DNA of 64,000 nucleotides from Ferrovibrio terrae (lineage in GTDB: Bacteria > Pseudomonadota > Alphaproteobacteria > Ferrovibrionales > Ferrovibrionaceae). Positions 25,127 through 35,524 of this stretch are shown here, piece after piece. Each line of letters starts with the position of its first letter. Positions within the stretch are counted from its first letter, which is position 1. The notes beneath the pieces were generated by a model, which saw nothing but the letters and a program-made list of their open reading frames with translations, was not told the DNA's origin and did not search any database. The stretch spans positions 27,086 to 91,085 of the forward strand of contig NZ_CALRUC010000002.1 of assembly GCF_943371255.1 (NCBI RefSeq). Reading direction: 5' to 3'. The position numbers and the translations under genes are program-made.

Positions 25127-25621
25127 CTATGAACGGGGCGGCGGCCGCAGTGGCACTTCCTGCAGCGAGCGCACATAAACGCCCACCACCTGCGGCCCCT
25201 GCAGCTGGCGATTGATCTGGTAGACCAGGCGGCGCTTCAGCTGCTCGATATCCTGGTCAAACAGCCGGCCGTCTTTTCCCAGCGGTTCGCGGTTCAGCTC
25301 GATGATGATGGCGTTGTAGACGCGCGGCATCAGGTCATCGACCTTGCGCGCATTCTCCACCGAGCCGCAGTCGACATTGAGCGTCATGATGACCTTGGAA
25401 CCCGGCGGGCCGGCAATCGGCGCCGTCACCGCATCGACCACCAGGATCGGGTTGTTGATCGGCGGCTTCTCGACCGGGGTATCGCTTTTCTTCTTCTTCT
25501 CTTTTTCCTGCGCATACGCGGCCACAGGCAGCAACAGGCTGCCGGCGGCCAGCAGGCCGAGCAGGCGGCGCCTCGGCAGCGAGGGTCGGTCGAGAGGGTT
25601 AATGGCGTTCCCGCGTGGCAT
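25127..25621 (-). CDS. Exported FliL-like protein with twin-arginine-type signal
   Basis: RRRLLGLLAAG...AYA signal; LNVD...MPRVYNA...LK..L..QIN..L.G..V..V pattern; start uncertain, overlaps prfC end. Confidence 0.5.
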   Translation of the reverse strand: MPRGNAINPLDRPSLPRRRLLGLLAAGSLLLPVAAYAQEKEKKKKSDTPVEKPPINNPILVVDAVTAPIAGPPGSKVIMTLNVDCGSVENARKVDDLMPRVYNAIIIELNREPLGKDGRLFDQDIEQLKRRLVYQINRQLQGPQVVGVYVRSLQEVPLRPPPRS

Positions 25622-27206
25622 GGAAACGGATCTTATCCCATTTTTTCTCGATATAGGAGAGTTCCCATGTGTTGCGGGCCATGAAGACCGGATTGCCCTC
25701 GCGGTCGTCGGCGATGGTGCCCCGGTTCTGCTCCACGAACAGGTCGAGATCGCGCTTGTCCTCGGCATCGACCCAGCGGGCGGTCTCGTAGGGCGCCTGC
25801 TCGAACCCGACCTCAAGGTTGTATTCCTCGCCCAGTCGGGCGGCGAGCACATCAAGCTGCAGCGGCCCGACCAGGCCGACGATCCAGTCGGCGCCGATCC
25901 GCGGACGGAACACCTGGGTGACGCCCTCTTCGGCCAGATCCTCCAGCGCGCGCTGCAGGTGCTTGGCCTTCATCGGATCGCCCAGCCGCACGCGGCGCAG
26001 GATTTCCGGCGCGAAGTTGGGAATGCCGGTGAAGCGCAGGTCTTCGCTCTCGGTCAGCGTATCGCCGACGCGCAGCACGCCGTGATTGGGAATGCCGATG
26101 ATGTCGCCGGGCCAGGCTTCGTCGGCCAGCGAGCGGTCGCGGGCAAAGAACAGCGTCGGGTTGCTCACCGTAATCGGCTTGCCGGTGCTGACCTGCTTCA
26201 GCTTCATGCCGCGCTTGAAATGGCCCGAGCACAGCCGCAGGAAGGCAATGCGATCGCGATGGTTCTTGTCCATGTTGGCCTGGACCTTGAACACGAAACC
26301 GGTGACGGCCTTTTCGGTCGGCTGGATCACGCGCTTATCGGTCGGCTGCGGGCGCGGCGAGGGCGCGAATTCGCCCAGGCCCTTCAGCAGTTCGTCGACG
26401 CCGAAATTCTTCAGCGCCGAGCCGAAATACACCGGCGTCATATGGCCCTGGCGATAGGCTTCGGGATCGAAGGGCGGGCAGGCGCCCTCGATCAGCGCGA
26501 TATCTTCCAGAAGCTTGGCGCGCTGTGCCTCGGGCACGTATTCGGCCACGCGCGGATCGTCCAGGCTGTCGAGGATGATGACCTCGGGTTCGAGATTCTT
26601 GTTTTCCTTGCCGACCAGCAGCAGGCGCTTGCCGAACAGGTCGTAGCAGCCACGGAAATCATGGCCCATACCGATCGGCCAGTTCGCCGGCACGCATTCC
26701 AGCGCCAGCGTGGAGGCGACTTCGTCCAGCAGCGCGAACGGGTCCTGCGACTCGCGATCGATCTTGTTCACAAAAGTGGCGATCGGCACGTCGCGCAGGC
26801 GGCAGACCTCGAACAGCTTGCGCGTCTGGGTTTCGATGCCCTTGGCGGCATCGAGCACCATGACCGCGCTGTCGACGGCGGTCAGCGTGCGGTAGGTATC
26901 CTCGCTGAAGTCTTCATGGCCCGGCGTGTCCAGCAGGTTGAAGGTCCAGCCCTGGTATTCGAAATTCATCACCGAGGTGGAGACCGAAATGCCGCGCTGC
27001 TGTTCGATCTTCAGGAAGTCAGACCGCGCGCGGCGGTTCTCGCCACGTGCCTTCACGGCGCCGGCCAGATGGATGGCGCCGCCGAACAGCAGCAGCTTTT
27101 CGGTCAGGGTCGTCTTGCCCGCGTCAGGATGCGCGATGATGGCAAAGGTGCGCCGGGCGCCGATGGGGTCGGCGCCCGGAATGGAAACGGCAGCGGGTTC
27201 GGACAT
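25599..27206 (-). CDS. prfC: Peptide chain release factor 3
   Basis: RRTFAIIAHPDAGKTTLTEKLLL, RGIS, DTPGHEDF, NKID, VFKVQANMD..HRDR. Confidence 0.97.
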   Translation of the reverse strand: MSEPAAVSIPGADPIGARRTFAIIAHPDAGKTTLTEKLLLFGGAIHLAGAVKARGENRRARSDFLKIEQQRGISVSTSVMNFEYQGWTFNLLDTPGHEDFSEDTYRTLTAVDSAVMVLDAAKGIETQTRKLFEVCRLRDVPIATFVNKIDRESQDPFALLDEVASTLALECVPANWPIGMGHDFRGCYDLFGKRLLLVGKENKNLEPEVIILDSLDDPRVAEYVPEAQRAKLLEDIALIEGACPPFDPEAYRQGHMTPVYFGSALKNFGVDELLKGLGEFAPSPRPQPTDKRVIQPTEKAVTGFVFKVQANMDKNHRDRIAFLRLCSGHFKRGMKLKQVSTGKPITVSNPTLFFARDRSLADEAWPGDIIGIPNHGVLRVGDTLTESEDLRFTGIPNFAPEILRRVRLGDPMKAKHLQRALEDLAEEGVTQVFRPRIGADWIVGLVGPLQLDVLAARLGEEYNLEVGFEQAPYETARWVDAEDKRDLDLFVEQNRGTIADDREGNPVFMARNTWELSYIEKKWDKIRFHATRERH

Positions 27207-27244
27207 CGTACTCTAACGCACCCTCTGAAAAGGAATTCGGGCCT

Positions 27245-29329
27245 TCAGCGGCCGCTCCACCCCTTGCCGGCCTCGGCCCGTTCGACCAGCAGCTTGGCCG
27301 GTTCCCAGAACTTGCCGTGGATCTTGTGGAAGCCGCGGATCGTGGCGAGCACCTTGTCGAGGCCGATCTGTTCGGCCCAGAACATCGGCCCGCCCCGATA
27401 AACGGGGAAGCCATAGCCGAAAAGGTAGGTGATGTCGATATCGCCCGACCGGATGGCGATGCCTTCCTCCAGGATCTTGGCGCCCTCGTTGACCAGCGGA
27501 TACATGCAGCGCTGGACGATTTCCTCGTCGGAAATCTCCCGCCGTTCAATACCTTGCTCCCTGGATGCGGCCAGGATGATGTCCTTGACCACCGGATCGG
27601 GCACCGCATCGCGGCCCTCATACTTGTAGAAACCGGCACCAGTCTTCTGGCCGAAGCGGCCCAGTTCGCACAGCTGGTCGGCCACCTTGGAATAGCGCTC
27701 GTCCTTGGGGCGCAGATGCGCCTTGCCCTTGCGGATGCGCCAGCCGACATCCAGGCCGGCGAGATCGCTCATCCTGAACGGCCCCATGGCGAGGCCGAAG
27801 TCTTCCAGCGCGCGGTCGATCTGCTCAGGGCTGCAGCCTTCTTCGAGCAGGAAATTCGCCTCGCGTAAGTACCCATGCAGCATGCGGTTGCCGATGAAGC
27901 CATCGCAGTTTCCGGCCAGCACCGCCACCTTCTTCAGCGTCTTGCCCATCGCCATCACGGTAGCGATGGTCTCGGGTGAGGATTTGGCGCCGCGCACGTT
28001 TTCCAGCAGCTTCATCACATTCGCCGGGCTGAAGAAATGCGTGCCGATCACATCCTGCGGCCGCTTGGTGCTGGCCGCGATCTCGTCGATATCCAGCGTC
28101 GAGGTGTTGGTGGCGAGGATGGCACCCTGTTTCATCACCTTGTCGAGCTTGCCGAACACCTCTTTCTTGACACCCATCTCCTCGAACACGGCTTCCACCA
28201 CGATATCGGCGTCGCCGATATCCTCAAAGCGCTGGGTGCCGGTGATCAGCTTCATCGCCCGGTCCATCGCCTCCTGCTTCATGCTGCCGCGTGCCACGGA
28301 TGTGGCATAGTTCTTCTCGATCACGCCAAGGCCGCGGCTGAGGGCTTCCTGCGACACGTCCAGCAGCTTCACCGCGATACCGGCATTGGCGAAATTCATC
28401 GCGATGCCGCCACCCATGGTGCCGGCGCCCAGCACGGCAGCCGATTTGATCGGCTTGGCCTGCACATCCTCGGGCAGGCCGGGAATCTTGGCCGCCTCGC
28501 GTTCGGCGAAGAAGGCATGGATCTGCGCCGCGCGCTGCGGACTGCCCATGCATTCGAAGAAGTATTCGCGCTCTTTCAGTAGGCCTTCATCCATCGGCAG
28601 CTTGGTGGCGACCTCTACTGCATCGATGCAGCGCCACGGGCCGAGGAAGCCCCTGGCCTTGCGCTCGATACTCTTGCGGTAGTCGCTGAACACGGCAGGG
28701 TCGACATTGCTGACCTTGTCGTTCATGTCGCGCACCAGCCGCAGCGGGCGCTGCTCGGCCACCACCCGTCTGGCATAGGCGAGTGCGCCCTCCAGCAGAT
28801 CGCCGGTCACGATTTCGTCAATCGCGCCAAGCTCGGCGGCCTTCTTCGCCGGGATCGGATTGCCGGAAACAATCATGTCGAGCGCCAGCTTCGGGCCAAT
28901 CAGGCGCGGCAGGCGCTGGGTGCCGCCGGACCCGGGCAGCAGGCCAAGCTTCACCTCCGGCAGGCCGACCTGGCCGCTCTCCAGCGCTACACGCCAGTGG
29001 CAGGTCAGCGCCACTTCGAAACCGCCGCCCAGCGCCGTGCCATGCAGGGCAGCCACCACCGGCTTGGTCATCGCCTCGATGCGCTTCAGCACATCCGGCA
29101 GATAGGGCTGCAGCGGGGTCTTGCCGAATTCCTTGATATCGGCACCGGCAATGAAGGTGCGGCCACCGCCAATGATCACCGCGGCACTGACGCCGGCATC
29201 GGCGTCGGCCTTGTCCAGCCCGGCAATGATACCGGCCCGTACACCCTGGCTCAGCGCGTTGACGGGGGGATTCTCGATAGTGAGGATGGCGATGCCGTCT
29301 TTGACGGCATAGGCAACGGGTTCGGTCAC
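27245..29329 (-). CDS. 3-hydroxyacyl-CoA dehydrogenase / enoyl-CoA hydratase fusion
   Basis: NPPVNAL, F.AGADI, PEV.LGLLPG.GGTQRLPR; GAGTMGGGIA, HFFSPA; GTG start with GGAGAG RBS. Confidence 0.93.
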   Translation of the reverse strand: MTEPVAYAVKDGIAILTIENPPVNALSQGVRAGIIAGLDKADADAGVSAAVIIGGGRTFIAGADIKEFGKTPLQPYLPDVLKRIEAMTKPVVAALHGTALGGGFEVALTCHWRVALESGQVGLPEVKLGLLPGSGGTQRLPRLIGPKLALDMIVSGNPIPAKKAAELGAIDEIVTGDLLEGALAYARRVVAEQRPLRLVRDMNDKVSNVDPAVFSDYRKSIERKARGFLGPWRCIDAVEVATKLPMDEGLLKEREYFFECMGSPQRAAQIHAFFAEREAAKIPGLPEDVQAKPIKSAAVLGAGTMGGGIAMNFANAGIAVKLLDVSQEALSRGLGVIEKNYATSVARGSMKQEAMDRAMKLITGTQRFEDIGDADIVVEAVFEEMGVKKEVFGKLDKVMKQGAILATNTSTLDIDEIAASTKRPQDVIGTHFFSPANVMKLLENVRGAKSSPETIATVMAMGKTLKKVAVLAGNCDGFIGNRMLHGYLREANFLLEEGCSPEQIDRALEDFGLAMGPFRMSDLAGLDVGWRIRKGKAHLRPKDERYSKVADQLCELGRFGQKTGAGFYKYEGRDAVPDPVVKDIILAASREQGIERREISDEEIVQRCMYPLVNEGAKILEEGIAIRSGDIDITYLFGYGFPVYRGGPMFWAEQIGLDKVLATIRGFHKIHGKFWEPAKLLVERAEAGKGWSGR

Positions 29330-29435
29330 GTTTCTCTCCGGTGTCTTCTCGATTGTCGGACAATCGGTTATAGCCGAGGCATTCAGCCCGGGCAAAAGCC
29401 TTGGCCTGCCGCTACGTCAGCGCTAAGTGTTTGTG

Positions 29436-30326
29436 ATGGCCACCTTTTTGGAATATCGCGCGCAGGACTGGGATAATCGCCGCCTTTGGCTGGGCGTTGC
29501 GATGTCGCTGCTGCTGCATGGCCTGATCGTGCTGCTGCTGCTGGTCGAACCCTGGACCTGGCGAATCCAGCCCGAGCCGCCGCCGATCCTGGCCGAATTC
29601 GTGATGCCGGAGCCGCCCAAACCGACCCCGACCCCGGCACCACCCCCGGCACCGCAGCCGGCTCCGACCCAGGCGCAGGCCCCGCCGGCACAGCAGCAGA
29701 CGATGACGCCTGAGCCATCCCGCCCGGTACCGCCGCCCAGCATCCCGCAATTGCAGCGCGCGCCGGTTACCGAGGCACCATCGAAGGCACCGCCCAGCGC
29801 CGGCGAACGTGCCCGGCCGCAGGCCGCCGAAAAGCCGCAGCCGGCACCGGTACCCGATCGCGCCGGCCCCTCGACCGTGACTGCGCCGCCGGCGCAGCGC
29901 CAGCAGCAGTCACCGCCGCGTCCCACCGGCAACCGCGACGCTGGCGCGCCGGGTGCTGCGGGTGCGACCGGCGAAACCATGACGCAGTCGGAAAGCGATT
30001 ACTTCCTCAGCCAGGTGGTCAGCGCCTGGGTGATCGATTTCGACGCGCCGCAGTTTGCCGATATCCGGATTTTCGGCCGCTATCGCGTGCTGCCCAATGG
30101 CATGCTGGCGCCGCCATTTGGCAAGAACGATCCGTGGGACATGCGGGCGATGGTGGAGAACTGGGACCAGATCGCCGTTGACCGCCGGCCGCAGGCCGCT
30201 GCCTTCCGCACGGCAATCGAAACTTTCCTGCGTGCCATGCGGCTGGCGCAGCCGATGCGCATGCCGCCCAATCCGGAAGGCTACCCCAAGGTGCTGGAAC
30301 TGAATTTCCGTATTGGCGATCTGTAA
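29436..30326 (+). CDS. TonB/TolA-like protein (TM anchor, Pro-rich linker, C-terminal domain)
   Basis: SLLLHGL anchor (SxxxH), long Pro/Ala/Gln linker, folded C-terminal domain. Confidence 0.55.
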   Translation: MATFLEYRAQDWDNRRLWLGVAMSLLLHGLIVLLLLVEPWTWRIQPEPPPILAEFVMPEPPKPTPTPAPPPAPQPAPTQAQAPPAQQQTMTPEPSRPVPPPSIPQLQRAPVTEAPSKAPPSAGERARPQAAEKPQPAPVPDRAGPSTVTAPPAQRQQQSPPRPTGNRDAGAPGAAGATGETMTQSESDYFLSQVVSAWVIDFDAPQFADIRIFGRYRVLPNGMLAPPFGKNDPWDMRAMVENWDQIAVDRRPQAAAFRTAIETFLRAMRLAQPMRMPPNPEGYPKVLELNFRIGDL

Positions 30327-30329
30327 GCG

Positions 30330-31544
30330 TCAGCGCGCCGGAATGCCACGACGCGCGATCACCATGCACAGCGCGCCGATCAGGGTGACGAAGGCCATCA
30401 GCAGATAGCCGTCGGCATAGCTCAGGCCCAGCTCGTCATGCATCAAGGCGAAGCTGGATGGGCCGATCACCACGCCGGCAAAGGTGATGCTCAGCGTGGC
30501 GCCGGTGGCCAGGCCGATGCTTTGCGGCGGTGCCTGGCGCGCGATCACCGCCATGAACACACCGTTCCAGCCAATGGCGCAGAATCCGAACAGCATCACG
30601 GTGGCACCGGTCAGGCTGAGTGGCCAGTTGGTATCGATCAATGCCGTGAGAATGGCGGCCAGCATCGCCACCACGCCGTTCAGGATCAGCACCTTCGATC
30701 CCGATTTCAGGCGGTCGGCGAGCCAGCCCCAGGCGAGACGGCCGAACGCGCCGGCGGTCTGTGCCAGCGCCAGCATCGTGCCGGCCAGCACCAGATGCAG
30801 TCCGACTTCGGTGACCAGATAGGTGACCAGCAGGCCGGTCAGGCTGAGCTGCACGGCGGAATAGGCAAACGAACACAGGGCCAGCCAGCGCAGGATCGGA
30901 TGCCGCCACACCACGCGCAGGCCTGCCAGCGGCGAGAGCAGCAGCGGCGCATCAGGCAGCCGGTCGATATCCCATGACCGCCGTGCCCGCTGCAGCAGCA
31001 GGCTGAGGCCAAAGCCGAGCAGGGCACAGAAGGCCAGTCCGATCTGCCAGTTGAGTGCCAGCGTGATCGGTGGAATCAGCAGGCCGGCCAGCATGCCGCC
31101 AATCGGCACGCCGCATTGCTTGATCGAAAAGATCAGGTTCATATGCGCGCCGCTGCGTGTGCGCGACAGCAGATGCGAGGCGGCCGGATTGGTGCAGCCA
31201 TAGCCCAGGCCGATCACCAGGGCGCCCAGCACCAGGGCCTGCAGGGTGCCCCAGGCCGAGATCAGGCAGCCGAAAGCGGCGAGCCACAGTGCCATCTGGC
31301 TGGTGCGCCCGGCGCCGAGGCGACGCACAAAACCGCCGCCGATCAGCGATGTCACCACGGCACCGGCATAGACCAGGCTGACCTGATAGCCGGCCAGGCC
31401 GGGGCCGGTGCCCAGTTCGGCAGCGGCTTTCGGCGCCACGGCTGATAATGCCAGTGCGCATAATGTGGTGATCGACTGCGTACCGGTGGTGGCTGCCAGC
31501 ACCGGCCAGACCGGCAGGGTCGGCGGGCTGGCCGGATCGCTCAC
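30330..31544 (-). CDS. MFS transporter
   Basis: About 12 hydrophobic segments, G.LADR motif; GTG start overlapping GST stop. Confidence 0.88.
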   Translation of the reverse strand: MSDPASPPTLPVWPVLAATTGTQSITTLCALALSAVAPKAAAELGTGPGLAGYQVSLVYAGAVVTSLIGGGFVRRLGAGRTSQMALWLAAFGCLISAWGTLQALVLGALVIGLGYGCTNPAASHLLSRTRSGAHMNLIFSIKQCGVPIGGMLAGLLIPPITLALNWQIGLAFCALLGFGLSLLLQRARRSWDIDRLPDAPLLLSPLAGLRVVWRHPILRWLALCSFAYSAVQLSLTGLLVTYLVTEVGLHLVLAGTMLALAQTAGAFGRLAWGWLADRLKSGSKVLILNGVVAMLAAILTALIDTNWPLSLTGATVMLFGFCAIGWNGVFMAVIARQAPPQSIGLATGATLSITFAGVVIGPSSFALMHDELGLSYADGYLLMAFVTLIGALCMVIARRGIPAR

Positions 31545-32188
31545 TGCGTCGCCTGAAACTTCTGCTGATAGGACCGCCAACTGGCGCGGACTTCATCCAG
31601 CACCGGGGCTGCAGTCGGATGCGCCTTGATGCGTTGCCAGTAGGCGCTGAGCATCGGTCGCTTTTCCAGCAGGTTCTGACCGATCAGGCCGGGCAGCACT
31701 TCATCGACATAGAACAGCATGGGGCTTAGCGCGCAATCGGCCTGGCTGAACCGTGCCTCGGCGGCGCAGCCATCCTTTGCCACGTAGATGTCGAGGAATT
31801 TCAGCCCGCGCGCGAAAGCCGGGGTCAGGGCCTCGAGCGCCTCACGATTGCCCGGGTCGGTGAACAGCAGCACGAAGAAATCATGCAGCGGCGGTGCCAG
31901 ATAAAGGTCGGACAGCCGCACCATCAGTGTGACGCGGGCGCGCGCTTCCGGCGTGTCGAGATACAGCGACGGGCCGCCCAGGACGGCATCGAGATAGCCG
32001 CAGATCACTTCCGATTCCGGCAGCAATGTGCCGTCATCCAGCAGCAACGCGGGAATCTTGCCGATGGGAGCCATGCTGCGGAAATCGGCACCGGGCTTCA
32101 CCAGTTCGATCTGCGCACCGCCTTTGGCGCGCAACAGCATGCGCACACGGGCAGCGAAAGGCGAGCCATCGTTATTGTAGAGCTTCAT
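31541..32188 (-). CDS. Glutathione S-transferase family protein
   Basis: SPFAARVR, GKIPAL, ESEVICGYLD, F.QADC. Confidence 0.9.
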   Translation of the reverse strand: MKLYNNDGSPFAARVRMLLRAKGGAQIELVKPGADFRSMAPIGKIPALLLDDGTLLPESEVICGYLDAVLGGPSLYLDTPEARARVTLMVRLSDLYLAPPLHDFFVLLFTDPGNREALEALTPAFARGLKFLDIYVAKDGCAAEARFSQADCALSPMLFYVDEVLPGLIGQNLLEKRPMLSAYWQRIKAHPTAAPVLDEVRASWRSYQQKFQATQ

Positions 32189-32189
32189 G

Positions 32190-33455
32190 CTAGCGGTGCT
32201 TCCGCAGGTCTTCCCAGGCGGCCAGTTTGGCACGCGGGCTGCCCGGTGTCGCGGCGGTGGTTTCCGCCGCCTCGATGCGCTTCCAGCAGGTCCAGTCCAT
32301 CACAGGCACGCCACGGCTTTGCAGCCAGGCATCCAGTGCCGCCGAACCTTCCTTGGCCGGTGTAGAGTCGGTGGCGTAATCGGCGAGCAGCAGATCGGCC
32401 ACGGTCTTTGCCTCAGCGCGGTTGGTCGGGATGGTGCCCGAAGGCCCGCGCTTGGCCCAGCCCACCACATAAAGGCCCGGCGCGATGCGGCCATCGGTAT
32501 TGGCGATCACGCCGCGCTCATCGCTCTGCGGCAGGTCGCCGTCGGCTGCCGTGCGATAGCCAATCGCGCTGATGACGGTGCCGACATCGAGCGTCGGACC
32601 GTTCTTGATCTGCAGGCCCTCGACGCGGCTGCTGCCGGTGATGGCTTCAGGGATGGCGTTAAACAGGAAATGCAGCCTGATCGGCTTGTCGTCCTCGCGC
32701 GCGGCGAATTCATGCAGGATCGACAGATTCTTTTCCTTCACCCGGGCCTCGTTCGGATCGAGGCCGGCCGGCAGTGCCGCAGGCAGATCGCTCTTCTGAA
32801 CGATCGGGCGCAGGCGTTCCAGCCGGCCGAGTTCCGCCAGTTCGGCACTGGTGAAACTGGCCTCCACCGGGCCGCGCCGGCCGAGGATGTAAAGATCGGT
32901 CAGCGGTGCCGCCGCGATCATGTCTGCGGCATGGGCGGTCAGGTCGCTGCTTGCCATCTCTGCTTTGGTCTTGCCCAGCACGCGCACGATGTCGATGGCG
33001 ACATTGCCCATGCCGATCACGGCCGCGCCGGGTTTGTCCAGCAGCGGTTCGAGCGCGCGGAAATCGGGATGGCCGTTATACCAGCCGACAAAGGCCATCG
33101 AGCCATAGCGGCCGGGCAGATCCTCGCCGGGAATGCCCAGCGGCCGGTCGGCATGGGCACCCAGCGCCAGCACCACGGCATCGTAATGGCTGCGCAGGTC
33201 GGCCAGCGGCAGGTCGGTGCCGACCTGGACATGGCCGAGGAAGCGCACATTGCCACCGGCGAACAGGCGGTCGAACTGCCGGGTCACCGCCTTGGTGCCC
33301 TGGTGGTCGGGGGCGACGCCGAACCGCACCAGCCCGTAGGGCGTCGGCAGGCGATCGAAGACATCGATTTTCAGCTCCGGCTTCTGGCGGAGCAGGGCAT
33401 CGGCGCAGAACAGTCCGGAAGGACCGCTGCCAACAATGGCGATATGGTGCAGCAC
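32190..33455 (-). CDS. Adrenodoxin-reductase-type ferredoxin--NADP+ reductase
   Basis: GSGPSG, PTPYGLVRFGVAPDH, G.GNVA.D..R.L, GRRGP, GW.KRGP.G.I.TN; start 33455 (GTG) or 33482. Confidence 0.88.
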   Translation of the reverse strand: MLHHIAIVGSGPSGLFCADALLRQKPELKIDVFDRLPTPYGLVRFGVAPDHQGTKAVTRQFDRLFAGGNVRFLGHVQVGTDLPLADLRSHYDAVVLALGAHADRPLGIPGEDLPGRYGSMAFVGWYNGHPDFRALEPLLDKPGAAVIGMGNVAIDIVRVLGKTKAEMASSDLTAHAADMIAAAPLTDLYILGRRGPVEASFTSAELAELGRLERLRPIVQKSDLPAALPAGLDPNEARVKEKNLSILHEFAAREDDKPIRLHFLFNAIPEAITGSSRVEGLQIKNGPTLDVGTVISAIGYRTAADGDLPQSDERGVIANTDGRIAPGLYVVGWAKRGPSGTIPTNRAEAKTVADLLLADYATDSTPAKEGSAALDAWLQSRGVPVMDWTCWKRIEAAETTAATPGSPRAKLAAWEDLRKHR

Positions 33456-33586
33456 GGCTTCGTTTCGGTTATGATTGGTCAAAATGTCGCCGCAACCTTA
33501 GTGCAGCCTGCCTTGGTTATGCAAACCCGCCACCCCGATTTCCGCACCGGTTTCGCCGGCTGTTTCATATCCGAACCCGCCGATTC

Positions 33587-34375
33587 ATGACCGAAGCCGC
33601 CGAACCCCCGAGTTTCCGTGTCCTCAATCCGCTGGGCCGCGCACCCGCGGTGCTGATCTGCGACCATGCCAGCCGCATCGTGCCGCCGGCCTTGCGCAAT
33701 CTCGGCCTGCCTGACGACGAACTGCTGCGGCATATCGGCTGGGACCCCGGCACCGCGGCGATCACCGAGCAGCTGGCGCGCGCGCTGGATGCGCCGGCAG
33801 TGCTGTCGGGTGTGTCGCGGCTGGTGATCGACTGCAATCGCCGGCCCGATGATCCGACCCTGATCTGCGAGGTCAGCGACGGCACGGTGGTGCCCGGCAA
33901 CCGCGACCTGGGCGAGGCGGAGCGCGAACGCCGCATGGCGCGCTATTTCCGCCCCTATCATGCCGCCATCGCCGACACGCTGGACACTGCGCGCCAGCGC
34001 AGCGCGCAGCCGGCCTTGCTCTCCATCCACAGCTTCACGCCGGCGTTGCGCGCCCGCGAGGAGCCGCGGCCCTGGCATATCGGCGTGGTCTGGGACCGCG
34101 ACGGCCGGCTGGCCCAGCCGCTGCTGCAGGCCCTGCGCGACGAAGGCGACCTGCTGGTGGGCGATAACCTGCCCTATAGCGGTCGCGACCATTCCGGCTA
34201 TTCGATCTTCGAGCACGGCCAGAACCGCGGCCTGCATCATGTGATGATCGAGGTGCGACAGGATCTGGTCGCCAGCGAGGCCGGGATCGCGGAATGGGCC
34301 GGACGGCTGGAACGCTGCTTCCGCCGCATGCTCACCGAGGCCGGCATTCTGGCCCCCAGCGTCAGCGCCGCGTGA
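33587..34375 (+). CDS. N-formylglutamate amidohydrolase family
   Basis: LICDHAS, HIGWD.G, SRLVIDCNR, YFRPYH, SIHSFTP, IEVRQDL. Confidence 0.9.
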   Translation: MTEAAEPPSFRVLNPLGRAPAVLICDHASRIVPPALRNLGLPDDELLRHIGWDPGTAAITEQLARALDAPAVLSGVSRLVIDCNRRPDDPTLICEVSDGTVVPGNRDLGEAERERRMARYFRPYHAAIADTLDTARQRSAQPALLSIHSFTPALRAREEPRPWHIGVVWDRDGRLAQPLLQALRDEGDLLVGDNLPYSGRDHSGYSIFEHGQNRGLHHVMIEVRQDLVASEAGIAEWAGRLERCFRRMLTEAGILAPSVSAA

Positions 34376-34378
34376 TGC

Positions 34379-35515
34379 ATGGCTGAAGATTTCACCATCG
34401 GTATCGAGGAAGAGCATCTGCTGGTCGAGCGCGGCAGCGGCGTGCTGGCGGTCGAACCGCCGGCGGCTTTGCTGGAGGAATGCGAGGCGCTGGCCGGCGG
34501 CCAGATCAATCCCGAATTCCTCAAATGCCAGATCGAGATCGTCACCAAGGTCTGTCGCGACATGGGCGAGGCGCGTGCCGACCTGGTGCGCCTGCGTTCC
34601 GCCATTGCCGGGGTCGCGGCCAAGCACAATCTCGCGCCGATTGCGGCATCCACGCATCCGTTTGCCAAATGGAGCGAGCAGAAGCATACCGACCGCGCCC
34701 GTTACGATCGCCTGGCGCATGACCTGGCCGGCGTGGCGCGGCGGCTGATCATCTGCGGCCTGCATGTGCATGTCGGCATTGCCGATGAAGACCTGCGCAT
34801 CGATCTGATGAACCAGGTCAGCTATTTCCTGCCGCATCTGCTGGCGTTGTCGGCCTCCTCGCCTTTCTGGCAGGGCGAGGAAACCGGCCTGCAATCCTAT
34901 CGGCTGTCGGTGTTCGACAGTCTGCCGCGCACCGGATTGCCCGAGCGCCTGGAAACCTGGGGCGAATACCAGCGGCTGGTGAACCGCCTGATGCAGGCCG
35001 GGCTGATCGAGGATGCGACCAAGCTGTGGTGGGATATCCGCCCCTCGGCGCGCTATCCCACGCTGGAGCTGCGCATCACCGATGTCTGCACCCGGCTGGA
35101 TGACGGCATCAGCATCGCCGCCCTGTTCCGCTGCCTGCTCGCGGCACTCCTGCGGCTGAAACAGAAGAACCAGCGCTGGCGCATCTATGCCAACACCCTG
35201 ATCGACGAGAACCGCTGGCTGGCCCAGCGCTATGGTGTCGCCGGCAATCTGGTCGATTTCGGCAAGGGGCAGGCGATGCCCTATGGCGCACTGCTGGACG
35301 AACTGATCGACCTGGTGCGCGAGGAGGCCGTCGCGCTCGGCTGTCTGGCCGAGGTGGAGCGGGCGCGCGGCATTCTCCGCCGCGGCACATCGGCCCAGCG
35401 GCAGTTGCAAGTCTACCGCGATGCGCTACATGCTGGCATGGACAAAGCGGCGGCATTGCGCGCCGTGGTCGACTGGCTGATCGCAGAGACCGTGAATTTC
35501 CAGATCCCCGACTAG
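34379..35515 (+). CDS. Carboxylate-amine ligase (YbdK/GCS2 family)
   Basis: FTIGIEEE, ICGLHVHVG, LALSASSPFW.G, WWDIRPS...PTLELR..D. Confidence 0.92.
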   Translation: MAEDFTIGIEEEHLLVERGSGVLAVEPPAALLEECEALAGGQINPEFLKCQIEIVTKVCRDMGEARADLVRLRSAIAGVAAKHNLAPIAASTHPFAKWSEQKHTDRARYDRLAHDLAGVARRLIICGLHVHVGIADEDLRIDLMNQVSYFLPHLLALSASSPFWQGEETGLQSYRLSVFDSLPRTGLPERLETWGEYQRLVNRLMQAGLIEDATKLWWDIRPSARYPTLELRITDVCTRLDDGISIAALFRCLLAALLRLKQKNQRWRIYANTLIDENRWLAQRYGVAGNLVDFGKGQAMPYGALLDELIDLVREEAVALGCLAEVERARGILRRGTSAQRQLQVYRDALHAGMDKAAALRAVVDWLIAETVNFQIPD

Positions 35516-35524
35516 GAGGCAGAG

